Shown in pieces: positions 36,990 through 48,849 of a stretch of 64,000 bases of DNA (positions are counted from its first letter, which is position 1; each line of letters opens with the position of its first letter). A model generated the notes under the pieces. The model was not told the origin of the DNA. It worked only from the letters and a program-made list of their open reading frames with translations, and made no database searches. The DNA comes from Anthoceros angustus (Eukaryota; Plantae; Anthocerotophyta). The stretch is taken from contig MU008185.1 of NCBI GenBank assembly GCA_010909165.1, positions 248,001 to 312,000 on the forward strand, in the 5' to 3' direction. The position numbers were made by a program, and so were the translations under genes.

Positions 36990-39440
36990 GCATGGTTTAG
37001 GCGGGGGTTTAGGCAACCGATTTGGCGGGCGGGCGGGCTGCGGTGGCGGCGAGGCGGCGAGGCAAGGCGGGAGGCGGAGGCGGGAGGCGGCGAGGCGGCG
37101 AGGCGGCGAGGCGGGCGGGCAGGCGGCGAGGCGGCGAGCGGGCGGCGGGGCGCGGCGCGCGGCGGGCGGGCAGGCGGCGGCGGCGAGCGGGCGGCGAGCC
37201 CACCGCCACGGACGGGGCAGGCGGCGGCGAGGCGGCGAGGCGGGGCGGGTTTTCGCGGACCGGCGAGAAGGGCGGGCGGGCTGCGGTGGCGGCGAGGGAC
37301 GGAGGCGGGAGGCGGGCGGCGGCGGCGGCGGCGAGGGACGGAGGCGGGCAGGCGGCGAGGCGGCGAGGGGCGAGGCGGGCGGGCGGCGGGGCGAGGGACG
37401 GACGAGGCGCGGCCTTCACTGGGTGACGGACGGCGGCCAACCGCAGTAAGGAGAGGCGGCGAGGCGGCGAGGCGGCGAGGCGGGGCAGGCGGCGAGGCGG
37501 CGAGGCGGCGAGGCGGCGAGGCAAGGCGGGAAGGCCGGGGAGGCGGAGGAGGAAGGCGGGCGGCGAGGGACGGAGGCGGGGCAAGGCGGGCGGCAGGCGG
37601 CGAGGCGCCACGGCAACGGAGGCGGGCGTGGCGAGCGGGCGGGCGGCGAGCGGGCGGCGAGGAGGCGCCACGGTAGCCCTCCCCATCCTTGCACCAAGCC
37701 GCAACTAACCTCGCCCCTCATTCGGGTCGCGCCACGGCAACGGAGGCGGGCAGGCGGCGGCGAGCCCACCGCCACGGACGGGCGGAGGCGGGCGGCGAGG
37801 CGGCGAGGGGCGGGTTTAGGCGGCGAGGCAAGGCGGGCAAGGCGGGCGGGCGGCGGCGAGGCAAGGCGGAGGAGGGGCTGCGGCGAGGCGGAGGCGGGCA
37901 GGCGGGCGGAGGCGGGAGGCGAGGCGGCGAGGAGGCGGCGAGCGGGCGGCGAGGGACGGACGAGGCGCGGCCTTCACTGGGTGACGGACGGCGGCGAGGC
38001 GGCCACCGCAGTAAGGAGAGGCGGCGAGGCGGCGAGGCGGCGAGGCGGGGCGAGGCGGCGAGGCGGCGAGGCGGCGAGGCGGGGAAGGCCGGGGAGGCGG
38101 AGGAAGGCGGGCAGGCGGCGAGGCGGGGCGCGGGCGGCGGCGAGGCGCCACGGGCAACGGAGGCGGCGAGCGGGCGGGCGGCGGGCGGAGGAGGAGGAGG
38201 CACGTGGGCCCTCCCCATCCTTGCACCAAGCCGCAACTAACCTCGCCCCTCATTCCTTCCCCGCCCATGGTGATGCCGAATTGTTTGATGCTCATTTCTT
38301 TGCAAACGGCCGACACGCAGATGGTACTGGTGCCACCGCAGTATTATTGTAGGCTTCCTGCGGTTGTGGGCGGGATGGTGCACCGCCCACCCTCTCCTCC
38401 TCACATGCCGCAGCCGCAGCGCGCCTCGAGCGGCGGGGCGCCACGCTGGCAGGCGCCCTCATTGTGGCGGCGGGGCGCGGCGAGCGGGCGGGCGGCGAGC
38501 GGGCGGCGAGGCGGGCGGCGGGCAGGCGGCGGGCGGGCTGCGGTGGCGGCGGGCGGAGAAGGGCGGGCTGCGTTGAGGCAAAACACGGGCGGAGGCGGAG
38601 GAGGGGCTGCGGTGGCGGCGAGGGGCGGAGGCGGGCAGGCGGGCGGGCGGGCGGGGCGAGGCGGGCGGGCTGCGGTGGCGGCGAGGAGGCGGGCCTTCAC
38701 TCAGGTGCGGGCGGGCAGGCGGCGAGGCGGCGGGCGGGCGGGCGGGCGGGGCGGGCGGGCGGGAGGCGGGAGGCGGGCGGGCAGGCGGCGAGGGGGCAGG
38801 CGGGCGGCGGCGAGGCGGGCAGGCGGGCGGGCGTGGCGAGCGGGCGGCGAGCGGCGGCGAGGCGGCGAGTGCAGTCCTCCCCATCCTTGCACCAAGCCGC
38901 AACTAACCTCGTCCTCATGGTGGGCATGAATCTGCGTGCAAGGAGAGGCGGGCAGGCGAGCCCACCGCCACTTGCATGTGTGGGGCGGCGGGCGGGGCGG
39001 CGAGGCGGCGAGGCGGCGGGCGGCGAGGCAAGGCGGGGCGGAGAAGGGCGGGGCGGCGGCGAGGCAAGGCGGAGGAGGGGCTGCGGCGAGGCGGAGGCGG
39101 GCAGGCGGGGCAAGGCGGCGAGGAGGCGGCGAGGCGGCGGCCCTACCGGGCCGAGGGACGGACGAGGCGCGGCCTTCACTGGGTGACGGACGGCGGCGAG
39201 GCGGCCACCGCAGTAAGGAGAGGCGGCGAGGCGGCGAGGCGGCGAGGCGGGGCGAGGCGGCGAGGCGGCGAGGCGGCGAGGCGGGGAAGGCCGGGGAGGC
39301 GGAGGAAGGCGGGCGGGCAGGCGGCGAGGCGGGCGGGCGGGGCGGCGGCGAGGCGCCACGGGCAACGGAGGCGGCGAGGCGGGCAGGCGGGGCGGCGAGG
39401 AGGCGGGGCGGCGAGGAGGCGGGCGGGCTGCGGTGGCCCC
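36990..39440. repeat. G-rich array of GGCGAGGC/GGCG units with duplicated unique cassettes
   Basis: An 8-mer ggcgaggc run interleaved with cassette ccccatccttgcaccaagccgcaactaacctcg (x4: ~37681, 38213, 38880, 39441) and gggacggacgaggcgcggccttcactgggtgacggac (x3). Confidence 0.9.
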
Positions 39441-39499
39441 TCCCCATCCTTGCACCAAGCCGCAACTAACCTCGCCCCTCATTCCTTCCCCGCCCATGG

Positions 39500-40070
39500 T
39501 GATGCCGAATTGTTTGATGCTCATTTCTTTGCAAACGGCCGACACGCAGATGGTACTGGTGCCACCGCAGTATTATTGTAGGCTTCTGCGGTTGTGGGCG
39601 GGATGGTGCACCGCCCACCCTCTCCTCCTCACATGCCGCAGCGCAGCCTGCAGCCCATCGTGCATGTGTGGGGCAGCGGAGGAGGGTTCCACGATCTCCT
39701 CCGAGCTCACCCGATCCTAATATGTGGAGTGAGTTGTTTCTGTGTCTTATGACCCCAAGAAGCCAATGCATCCTTTGTCCTACGAGGAGCTTGATGCGCT
39801 TTTGCAGCATGCGGAGGACCACAACGACCTCATCCGCCACATAGAGAACTACCCTTGACTTCAAGTTCTTTTCGAGCCGAGGAACGTGGTCGCAGTGTAT
39901 TTGACCGGACTCGACTTCCTATCAGAGTGCCTTCCGTGTCGGAAGCGCACTATTTCATGCATACCCATTTTGATGGGTGGCCATTGGGTCCTAACGATCA
40001 CCGTGAGGCCTCGCGTCCAAGCACCCGAGTCACCGGAGGACTTCAAGTCGTGGATGGCCAAGTTTCACCC
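39500..40070 (-). pseudogene. Ulp1/C48 SUMO-protease-like remnant
   Basis: Across frameshifts: DLKSSGDSGAW..TVI, YTATTFL, HWLLGVIRHRNNSLHILGS (cf. HWxLxVI...hLDS) and PQKP..N..CG (cf. PQQxNxxDCG). Confidence 0.55.
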
Positions 40071-40939
40071 GACGGCTTGACTCACGTGCACGGCCGCCTC
40101 GACGCTTATCGCCCCTCCCGGATTTCATCTCAACGCCTTCTACGAATTGGACGACGCCAACCATGTCTTGTGGGAGGAGATGAACGACCTCTACATCATC
40201 GAGGGCGGTGATCATGGGGTTAGATCGGGGGGTCATGTGCTTTAGGCACCGTGGCGAGGGTTTTGATAGGACTTGATGTACGAGGCCTTTACGGTTTAGA
40301 TTTGTAGGTGTCTTCGCACCCGCTTCCCACGCTTTGACTTGACCAAATTTTGACGCTTCCTCTTCGTGTATTCTCACCACTCGCCGATATCCGTGCCCAC
40401 GTTTTCAACTTGGCCTCGGTTCATGCTTGCCGCGCATCGTGTTCCCTCGTGCATTTTGGCCCGCTTCCATTCTCCTTGGCCTTGTCAACCCCGCCCCTTT
40501 CCATTCTCCTTGGCCTTGTCAACCCGGCTTTTGCCCCGGCTTTCCATGTCCACGCTTGCTTATTAATTGACAACCCATACAGGCTGCCTTCTTTCAGTGT
40601 GATTTGGGTCCGCGGAACTCGCTCTTCACAGAGGTTCGTCGCTTTGATAGCTGCTGCCTCCACTTCAAGGGGAATGCGGTTTCACACAAAGGTGATTCCG
40701 ACACGCGTCTCCACAATTTTCATGCACCATTGTCGGAAGGTCAGGACAGAACTTGCAGGGAATGTCTCTGCCCATGCCTTGCGGCTGGACCGCGCGAGAA
40801 ACCGGTTGCTGGACGCAGGAGGCTATTCCATGAGCCCTTGCGTCATGTGTCCACGCGGTGGCCCCTCCGGCCCTCACGTTTCTATCCTATCGGCGGTGAT
40901 GCCCTGTGCCCGTCGCCTTCCCTATCCATGTCTCATTGC

Positions 40940-41100
40940 CTCCCGCTTGCACCACATGCCCTAGTCGCCTGCCACCGCGACGCACCTCATATGAAAAGCG
41001 CTCAAGAGGTTAAGGGCTCTCCATGTCCACAGTGTGCAGTGCATTCCACTCCCACACCATCTCCTGCAGAGGATCCCCGTCGCCCGCAATACAAGCACAC
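40940..41100 (-). pseudogene. PHD/ePHD-like zinc finger remnant
   Basis: VCLYCGRR...GVECTAHC...(frameshift) AFHMRC...GMWCKR gives the C-x2-C, C-x3-C, H-x2-C, WC spacing. Confidence 0.5.
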
Positions 41101-41109
41101 TGCAACCTA

Positions 41110-43420
41110 TGCGATACATGTCCGGAGGTAATTTGTACACTTCAAGCCCGCCAGACGCCATGTCCTCGCCACTTGCATGTCCTACAAAACATTTGTCGTC
41201 ATCAAGAATCGCTGGTGTTCACATTCGAGACGGTCTTGGTGGCGTTCACTTACCCTCACAAGAATGCTATCGGAGGAAGCGGTGGCACCTCCGGTGCAAC
41301 ATTGCGGCGATCGTGGTCCGGGGACATAGTAGTCGTTGTCGCCCTCCTCGCCTACCCCATATGCGGCGGCCCTACCGGGCCGGCCCGCTCCTCCTCTGGA
41401 AGGCCTCCGCGGACGTGGCCAGCTATGTCATCGCCTCCGACCTCATTTTCCTCACCCTGTGCAAGTTCCACACCCGAACGAAAGTCGCCAGCTCTGTCCT
41501 CATGGTGGGCATGAATGCTGCGTGCAAGGAATGTATGTGCCAAGGGTTCGTGGTATCCAACTCACGGCTGTCCTGCAGCTCCAACATGTACCTCTTGTAC
41601 AGGAAGCCCCACTTCTCCTTGACGCCCTCCGGAAGTGCTCGATCGCCTCACACCCACGTATCCACCCACCAACCACGCCGTTATGTCTGGCACGGGCTCC
41701 GGCGTCCGGAAATTGCGCAGCCCGCATTCGGCAAGCAGAATGCGGCAAATCCCTTTCACATGACAACCAGTATCCACCTTACCTGATTGTGCACCGATGG
41801 CCCCCGAATGAAGTTCCTACCGTTCTCTCGCGGCCTCGCTGGTTCAGGTCCTCCTCAACTAGGTTGTGCTCCGCAGCGAAATCGGACCGAATCCGCTGCG
41901 GGTGCCCAAACCTACCGCCCGCCAGACGCCTTGTAGATTGTTCCTGCCCGCTTGTTGTCCTCCAGCACCGCCCACGTTATGTAGTGCGTTGCCCCATCTA
42001 TGGCCGCGTGCACCCTGAAGTGGAACATGTACATCTTGTCGACGCAAAGACAACACTCGCACCGTTAGCTTGCGTGCCTTGTGCCGCGCTATCGACTCGG
42101 CGACCACCATGTGCTCCAAGTTCCGCACACTCACAGTCCATGTGCCACATGTACATCGTGTGTATTGCACCGCGAACGCGCGCATGCGACCTCATTTCCA
42201 TGGCCTCCTACCGCATGGCTCGCAATCTTGCCGTCACACCGCCTCGGCCCCGCCTCCCTCCGCCCTCCGGAAGTGCTCGATCGCCTCCGCCTCGCACAAT
42301 CCTCACTCCCGCTCACACCGCCGCGTGATGGTCACATTTTGTAGGATGAGGTTGCGACGCCTTCTATTGTTCTCGGCGGACCCGCAGCCCTCTCCATCCG
42401 GCACCGTGCGGCCACCTCCTCAACGTCGCGGTGCACATCCCGGCTCGCTGCGAGCCCTTTCAATGTCCGCCCGCCTCCTCCTCCGCCTCTGCGATGTTCC
42501 TCAAAGTCTCCACTTGAAAGGGCCCGCCGACTGCCCTTCCCTCTCCCGCCTCCGCCCTCGCCCTCTGTTTGATGTCGAGGGCTGTGATCGCCTCCACCTC
42601 CGACACTTCGCCTCCCTTCCTCCATCGGATCCCCCCTCCCGTCTCCGCGCCTCGGCCCCTCCATCTCCCCTTGCAGCGACGCCCCATCTCCCCTCCGCCC
42701 GCCCCACTCCGCCATCCACCCGCGCCCGGCCTCACCAAGACCCTCCGCCTCCCGCCATCCTCTCATTGCCTGCCCCGCCCCTCCGCCTGCCTCCGCCTGG
42801 GCCTCGGCCCCGCCCTCCGCCTGCCCCTCCCTCCGGTTCCGCACACGGCCCCGCCTCCCCTTCCTCCCACCCGCGCGCCCACGGCCCCGCCCACCCCGCC
42901 CTCGCCCCGGATGGCGCCACGGCCCCGCCCCTCCGCCTTCCTCCTTCCCGCCCGCCCGCCTGCGCCCTCCGCCTCCCCTCCTTCCCGCCCGCCTCGCCCC
43001 ACTCCGCCTCCCTCCTCCGCCCGCCTCGGCCCCGCCCGCCGCCCCTCCATCGAACCCCATCGTCCGACTCTGCTCACGCCGCCATCCACCCGCGCCCCGC
43101 TATCACCCTCATCTCCTCCTTCCCCGCACACCGCCTCCTCCGCCCGCCTCCGCCATCAATCCGACCATCGCCAGGCGAACCCAACCCGCCCGTTCTCTGC
43201 GTCCCCATGATCGCCGCAGTGTTTCGCGACTGGGCCTATCCTCACCACGCCTGCCTCGCTGCGAGCCCTTTCAATGTCCGTCCGCCCTCCTCCGCCCCTC
43301 TGCGATGTTCCTCAAAGTCTCCACTTGAAAGGCGGCTGCCGGCCGTTCCCTTCCCTCTCCGCTCGCCCTCTGTTTGATGTCGAGGGCTGTGATCGTCTCC
43401 ACCTCACGCCCCGCTTTCCT
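41110..43420 (-). pseudogene. Intron-containing IS3/IS481-like (integrase-core, eukaryotic IS3EU-type) DDE transposase remnant
   Basis: Motifs in order across frameshifts and GT-AG introns: MWHMD; HAAIDGATHYITWAVLEDNKRAGTIY; FGHPQRIRSDFAAEH; FIRGPSVHNQ|AIEHF; ELQDSRELDTTNPWHIHSLHAAFMPTMRTELATFVRVWNLHRVR; YGVGEEG; GGLEVYK. Confidence 0.8.
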
Positions 43421-44110
43421 CCCCTTCCTCCATCGGATCCCCCCTCCCGTCCTCTCCGCGCCTCGGCCTCCATCTCCCCTTGCAGCCGCCCCATCTCCCC
43501 TCCGCCCGCCCGCCCCACTCCGCCTCGGCCTCCATCTCCCCTCCGCCTCCTCCGCCATCCTCTCATTGCCTGCCCCGCCCCTCCGCCTCTGCCTCGCCCG
43601 CCTGGGCCCTCGGCCCCGCCCTCCGCCCGTCCCTCCCTCCGGTTCCCTTGCAGCCCCCCTCCCCTTCCTCCCACCCGCGCCCGCCTGCCCACCCGCGCCC
43701 TCCGCCTCGCACCCGGATGGCGCTCACGGCCCCGCCCCTCGCCCCTTCCTCCTTCCGCTCCGCGCCCTCGCCCGCCCTCGCCCTCCTCCGCCCCTCCGCC
43801 CCGCGCCCTCGCCCTCTCCGCTCCCCTCCCTCCCTCCCTCCGCTCCGCGCCTCGGCCCCTCCGCCTCCCTCCGCCAGACGTCAGGCCCCGTTCACTTTGC
43901 CATCCACCCGCGCCCTCGTCATCACCCTCATCTCCCCTCCTTCCCCACCGTCTTAGCCCTCATCGCGCCCGCCCGCCTCCGCGCCATCAATCCGACCATC
44001 GCCAGGCGAACCCAACCCCGTTCTCTGCGTCCCCATGATCACTGCGGTGTTTGGCGTACTCGGGCCTATCCTCCCTCCCTCCGCCCTCGCCCTCTCGTTG
44101 CGTGGTCTCC
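42430..44110. repeat. C-rich (G-rich on - strand) array, ~820 bp higher-order duplication
   Basis: Cassettes ctgcgatgttcctcaaagtctccacttgaaag...gatgtcgagggctgtgatcg (~42489 and 43300) and ccatcaatccgaccatcgccaggcgaaccc (~43152 and 43984) sit in ccgcc/ccgccc runs. Confidence 0.88.
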
Positions 44111-44904
44111 CGCCGCTGGGATTCACTACTTGGAGCCGCGGTCGGGTTCAGCACCGGAGCACGCCACTTGTTCCATCTTCTGACAATGCGTGGTTTCCCG
44201 CATCTCCGGCCGTATGTCGCATAATTCCGCTTTCACGCCACCGACAGCTGTTTCATGAAATGAATGGCATGTGCCTTATTCACTTCGGCGAACGCTTTGG
44301 GTTGCTTCGCAACAGCCCCCCATGCCTAAGGACATTGATGCCTGCCTTGCTTCTTTCCACAAATCCACGATACAATGTTTCAGCAAATACCCTGACCCCA
44401 CCATTATTCCTACGCCTTTCCACCCCACAACTCTACGGTGATAGGCCACGCTGGTGTGTGCACGTTGAAGAGAAACACGAGACTCTTTGTAGCAAGCAGC
44501 CCCCCTACACTCGGGAATTTCGGGCTCCCATATACTGCGCAGTGCTCGAGGATGACGTGAGCAGCCTGCAATGCCTCCTCTTCGGCAAAGAAGCTCACAG
44601 CCTTGTCCACGTACAACACATACGCAGTCTGGTTGTCAAGGAGAAACGGCAACCGACATTGCTGCATCGGCGGCACCCCTCGTCGACTCGCGGCAATTGT
44701 CATTCGCCCCGCCGATCGCCGCATGCCATCGCCAACATGCCCATGTAGTCCCCGCCCGTCCACACATCTAAGCGGAACTGCGCGGCGGTCCATACACGAT
44801 GCACCGAGTGTCACATCCCCACTCCACCCGGCCACCCATCGCCTTTGCGGTCTCCGCATGCTCCTTTTCGCCGTAGGATGCATGGCGCCCCAGCTTCAGC
44901 AGCA

Positions 44905-45900
44905 TCGTGTCCACCACCGTCGCATGGTACACGTGGTCGCCGCGATCGAACCCACCCCACGCACACCGGTCGACCATCGTCACCAAGCACGATGACTTGC
45001 ATCCGCCTCACCCCACCACCATTGCGCACTCAACGCGCGGCCAACTCCATCGCCCGCATCCCCTTCTCCTTCCGTGTTGGACCCGCCCCAACCCACCAAT
45101 CCGCCGTGGAGGCTCCTTGTTCTTCGCAGCCTCCGCAATTCAAATGTGTCCATGTGCTGAAATAGATACCCTCGGTGCATGTGCCGCAACCCCGCCGTCA
45201 CAACTGCATTGCCCACCTCTCATCCGGAGCATCCTCCACTGCATGGTTCCATCCTGCACGCACCAAAACCACCCCACGAGTCCAAGCCCGCAGCCCTTGT
45301 CTCCTCCACCTCAAGACATGCGCCACCATGTCCCCGGTCCATCCGCTATGCGACGCGTTCGAATGTCGTCCGGCAAGCGTTCGAACACCGGCATGGACGG
45401 CGATGATGTCGACGCCTCACCACCGTCGCATGGTACACGTGGTCGCCGCGATCGAACCCACCCCACGTACACACGTCGACCATCGTCACCAAGCACGATG
45501 ACTTGCATCCGCCTCACCACACCACCATTGCTGCACTCTTCTGAACGCGGCGGCCAACTCCATCGCCTTCCGCATCCCCTTCTCCTTCCGCGTTGGACCC
45601 GCCCCAACCCACCAATCCGCCGTTGCCGGAGGCTCCTTGTTCTTCGCAGGCCTCCGCACTTCAAATGTGTCCATGTGCTGAAATTGATACCCTCGGTGCA
45701 TGTGCTGCAACCCCTGCTCGTCCACAATCTGCATTGCCCACCTCTCATCCGGAGCATCCTCCACTGCATGGTTCCATCCTGCACGCACTAAAACCACCCC
45801 ACGAGTCCAAGCCCGCAGCCCTTGTCTCCTCCACCGTCAAGACATGCGCCACCATGTCCCCGGTCCATCCGCTATGCGAGACGCGTTCGAATGTCGTCCG
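44905..45900. repeat. ~520 bp tandem duplication of coding-like sequence
   Basis: caccgtcgcatggtacacgtggtcgccgcgatcgaaccc at ~44915 and 45421; ccatgtgctgaaat at ~45150 and 45671. Confidence 0.88.
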
Positions 45901-45904
45901 GCAA

Positions 45905-48845
45905 GCGTTTCGCGAACACCGGGCATGGACGGCGATGATGTCGGCGTCCTCTACCCCGCCGTCACGGAACGCGCCGCCGCCATCGCCGCCCACGCCCGTG
46001 TCCTCGCTCGCTCCGCCCCAACGGATCCGCCGCTACCGCCTGTGGCCCCCCCCCGCAAAACAACCGCGCGAATTTCAACCCCAACCCCATGCTCACGCCC
46101 GCCTCACCACCGTCGCATGGTACACGTGGTCGCCGCGATCGAACCCACCCCACGACCGCGATTGAAGTTCTAATGTCCCTTCACCCCACGGTTTCGTGAC
46201 TCCACGCCCGGCCGCCGGAACGGTGGTCTTGCTCGCCGATGACCCGCCATGGCTCCACGATTTCCACAACTCGGATCGGGGAGAATGGAGTGTCCTCCAA
46301 CGCGCGCGCATGGACTCTTCCCCTTCCGCTTGAAATTGAATAGGGCGGGCATCGCGATTTTTCGGAGGCACCCGCAGAGGCGCGATGTCATTGCTCCTCC
46401 TGCCACACTTTAAGATACCTGCACGCGCCGCCACGTTGTCCTCGTCGACCGCAGCGGTGCATTAATTCGCCCCTCCTTTTGTGTGCACAAGCTACCTCAT
46501 TCGGCCCCACATACTCACAAGCGAACACCGCAGCCAATGAACACGCAACTTGCAGCTCATCAATAATTACCAATGGGATGGCATTTCGGAAACATGTAGT
46601 CCACAATCCCAACTGAACATCACACATCACACAACGACTTGGCCACCTCTCTACAACGGCTCGGCAATCTACGCTAGGCCATGCCATAAACCGTGTTGTG
46701 AGAAATGGCGGTCAGCACCCTCGCGCACATAGTGTCCTCGAAGTCATACAATGGAAGGAGCAATGTCCCGCCGCACGTCATGGCTGTGGGAGCTGTCCTC
46801 CGTCATCAATGGTACTTCAAACACCACAATTGGCGCCTCACCAAAGAACACGCGTCCGTAATGAAGGTGTATCCGCTCGTCGCAAAGACAACCTACGACC
46901 GTCGCGAACACCGGGCATGGACGGCGATGATGTCGGCGTCCTCTACCCCGTCGTCCACGCGAACGCTGCCCGCCGCCATCGCCGGCCCACGCCTCCGTGT
47001 CCTCGCTCGCTCCGCCCCAACGGATCCGCCGCTACCGCCTGTGGCCCCCGCCCCAACCCCAACCCCAACCCCAACCCCAACCCCAACCCCAACCCTGCTC
47101 ACGCCCGCCTCATGTGTCTTGCACCATCGACCGACCGCGATTGAAGTTCTAATGTCCCTTCACCCATGTGGTTTCGCCGTTGTCGCGCCCTCGGCGTCGT
47201 CGGAAGCAGTGGTCTTGCTCGATGACCCGCCATGGCTCCACGATTTCCACAACTCGTCGGAGAATGGAGTGTCCTCCAACGCATGGACTCTTCCCTTCCG
47301 CTTAAAATTGAATAGGCCGGGCATCGCGATTTTTCTGAGGCACCCGCAGAGGCGCGATGTGATTGCTCCTCCTGCCAGACATTAAGATACCTGCACGCGC
47401 CGCTGCGTTGTCCTCGTAAAGCGCAGCGGGTGCATTAATTCGCCTCTCCTTTTCTGTGCATAAGCGACCTGATTCGGCCCCACATACTCGCAACCGAACA
47501 CCGCAGACAATGAACACGGAACTCGTAGCTGATCAATAATCACAAATGGGATGGCATTTCAGAAACATGTAGTGCACACTCCCAACTGAACATCACACAT
47601 CACACACCGACTTGGATACCTCCCTACAATGGTTCGGCAACCTACGCTAGGCCATGCCATAAACCGTGTTGTGAGAAATGGCGGTCGCACCCTCGCGCAC
47701 ATAGTGTCCTCGAGTCATACAATGGAAGGAGCAATGTCCCCGCCGCACGTCATGGCTGTGGGAGCTGTCCTCCGTCATCAATGGTACTTCAAACACCACA
47801 ATTGGCGCCTCACCAAAGAACACGCGTCCGTAATGAAGGTGTATCCGCTCGTCGCAAAGACAACCTACGACCGTCGCGAACACCGGGCATGGACGGCGAT
47901 GATGTCGGCGTCCTCTACCCCGCCGTCACGGAACGCGCCGCCGCCATCGCCGCCCACGCCTCCGTGTCCCTCGCTCGCTCCGCCCCAACGGATCCGCCGC
48001 TGTGTGGCCCCATCCAAAACAACTGCCGCGCCCCAACCCCAACCCCACTGCTCACGCCCGCCTCACAGTCTCTTGCACAACACCCGACCGGACCGCGATT
48101 GAAGTTCTAATGTCCCTTCACCCATGTGGTTTCGCCGTTGTCGCGCCCTCGGCGTCGTCGGAAGCAGTGGTCTTGCTCGCCGATGACCCGCCATGGCTCC
48201 ACGATTTCCACAACTCGACCGTCTCGGAGAATGGAGTGTCCTCCAACGCGGCGCGCATGGACTCTTCCCTTCCGCTTGAAATTGAATAAGGCGGCATCGC
48301 GATTTTTCGGAGGCACCCGCAGAGGCGCTGGCGTCATTGCTCCTCCCGCCACACTTTAAGATTCCCGCACGCCGCCACGTTGTCCTTCTCGACCGCAGCG
48401 GTGCATTAATTCGCCTCCTTTTGTGTGCACAAGCTACCTCCTTCGGCCCCACATACTCACAAGCGAACACCGCAGCCAATGAACACGCAACTTGCAGCTC
48501 ATCAATAATTACCAATGGGATGGCATTTCGAAACATGTAGTCCACAATCCCAATCGAACATCACACATCACACAACGACTTGGCCACCTCTACAACGGCT
48601 CGGCAATCTACGCTAGGCCATGCCATAAACCGTGTTGTGAGAAATGGCGGTCAAGACCTCGCGCACATAGTGTCCTCGAGTCATACAATGGAAGGAGCAA
48701 TGTCCCCGCACGTCATGGCTGTGGGAGCTGTCCTCCGTCATCAATGGTACTTCAAACACCACAATTGGCGCCTCACCAAAGAACACGCGTCCGTAATGAA
48801 GGTGTATACTGGCCCGTCCGCAAAGACAACCTACGCACCGCGCGA
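45905..48845. repeat. Three tandem copies of a ~970 bp coding-like unit
   Basis: gattgaagttctaatgtcccttcaccc at 46160, 47139 and 48097; the tggtacttcaaacaccacaattggcgcctcacc block also occurs three times. Confidence 0.92.
47051..47092. repeat. (CCCCAA)7 / (TTGGGG)7 microsatellite
   Basis: Seven perfect units; the equivalent positions in the other two 970 bp copies have only 2-3. Confidence 0.95.
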
Positions 48846-48849
48846 ACAT

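Noticed and set aside
41300-41530. Apparent SET-domain motifs (HSCPP, GEEGDNDY, CCTGG)
   Set aside because: HSCPP is an off-frame reading of the integrase LHAAFMP segment, and the YGVGEEG stretch fits the integrase C-terminal region better.
37009-44183. Many 150-435 aa R/G/A/P-rich ORFs in the GC arrays
   Set aside because: Same compositional artefact; the real coding signal is in short embedded cassettes on the - strand.
44950-45500. GIY-YIG-like GRRVYVGWVRS
   Set aside because: No upstream GIY motif or downstream R/E/N residues in a consistent frame.
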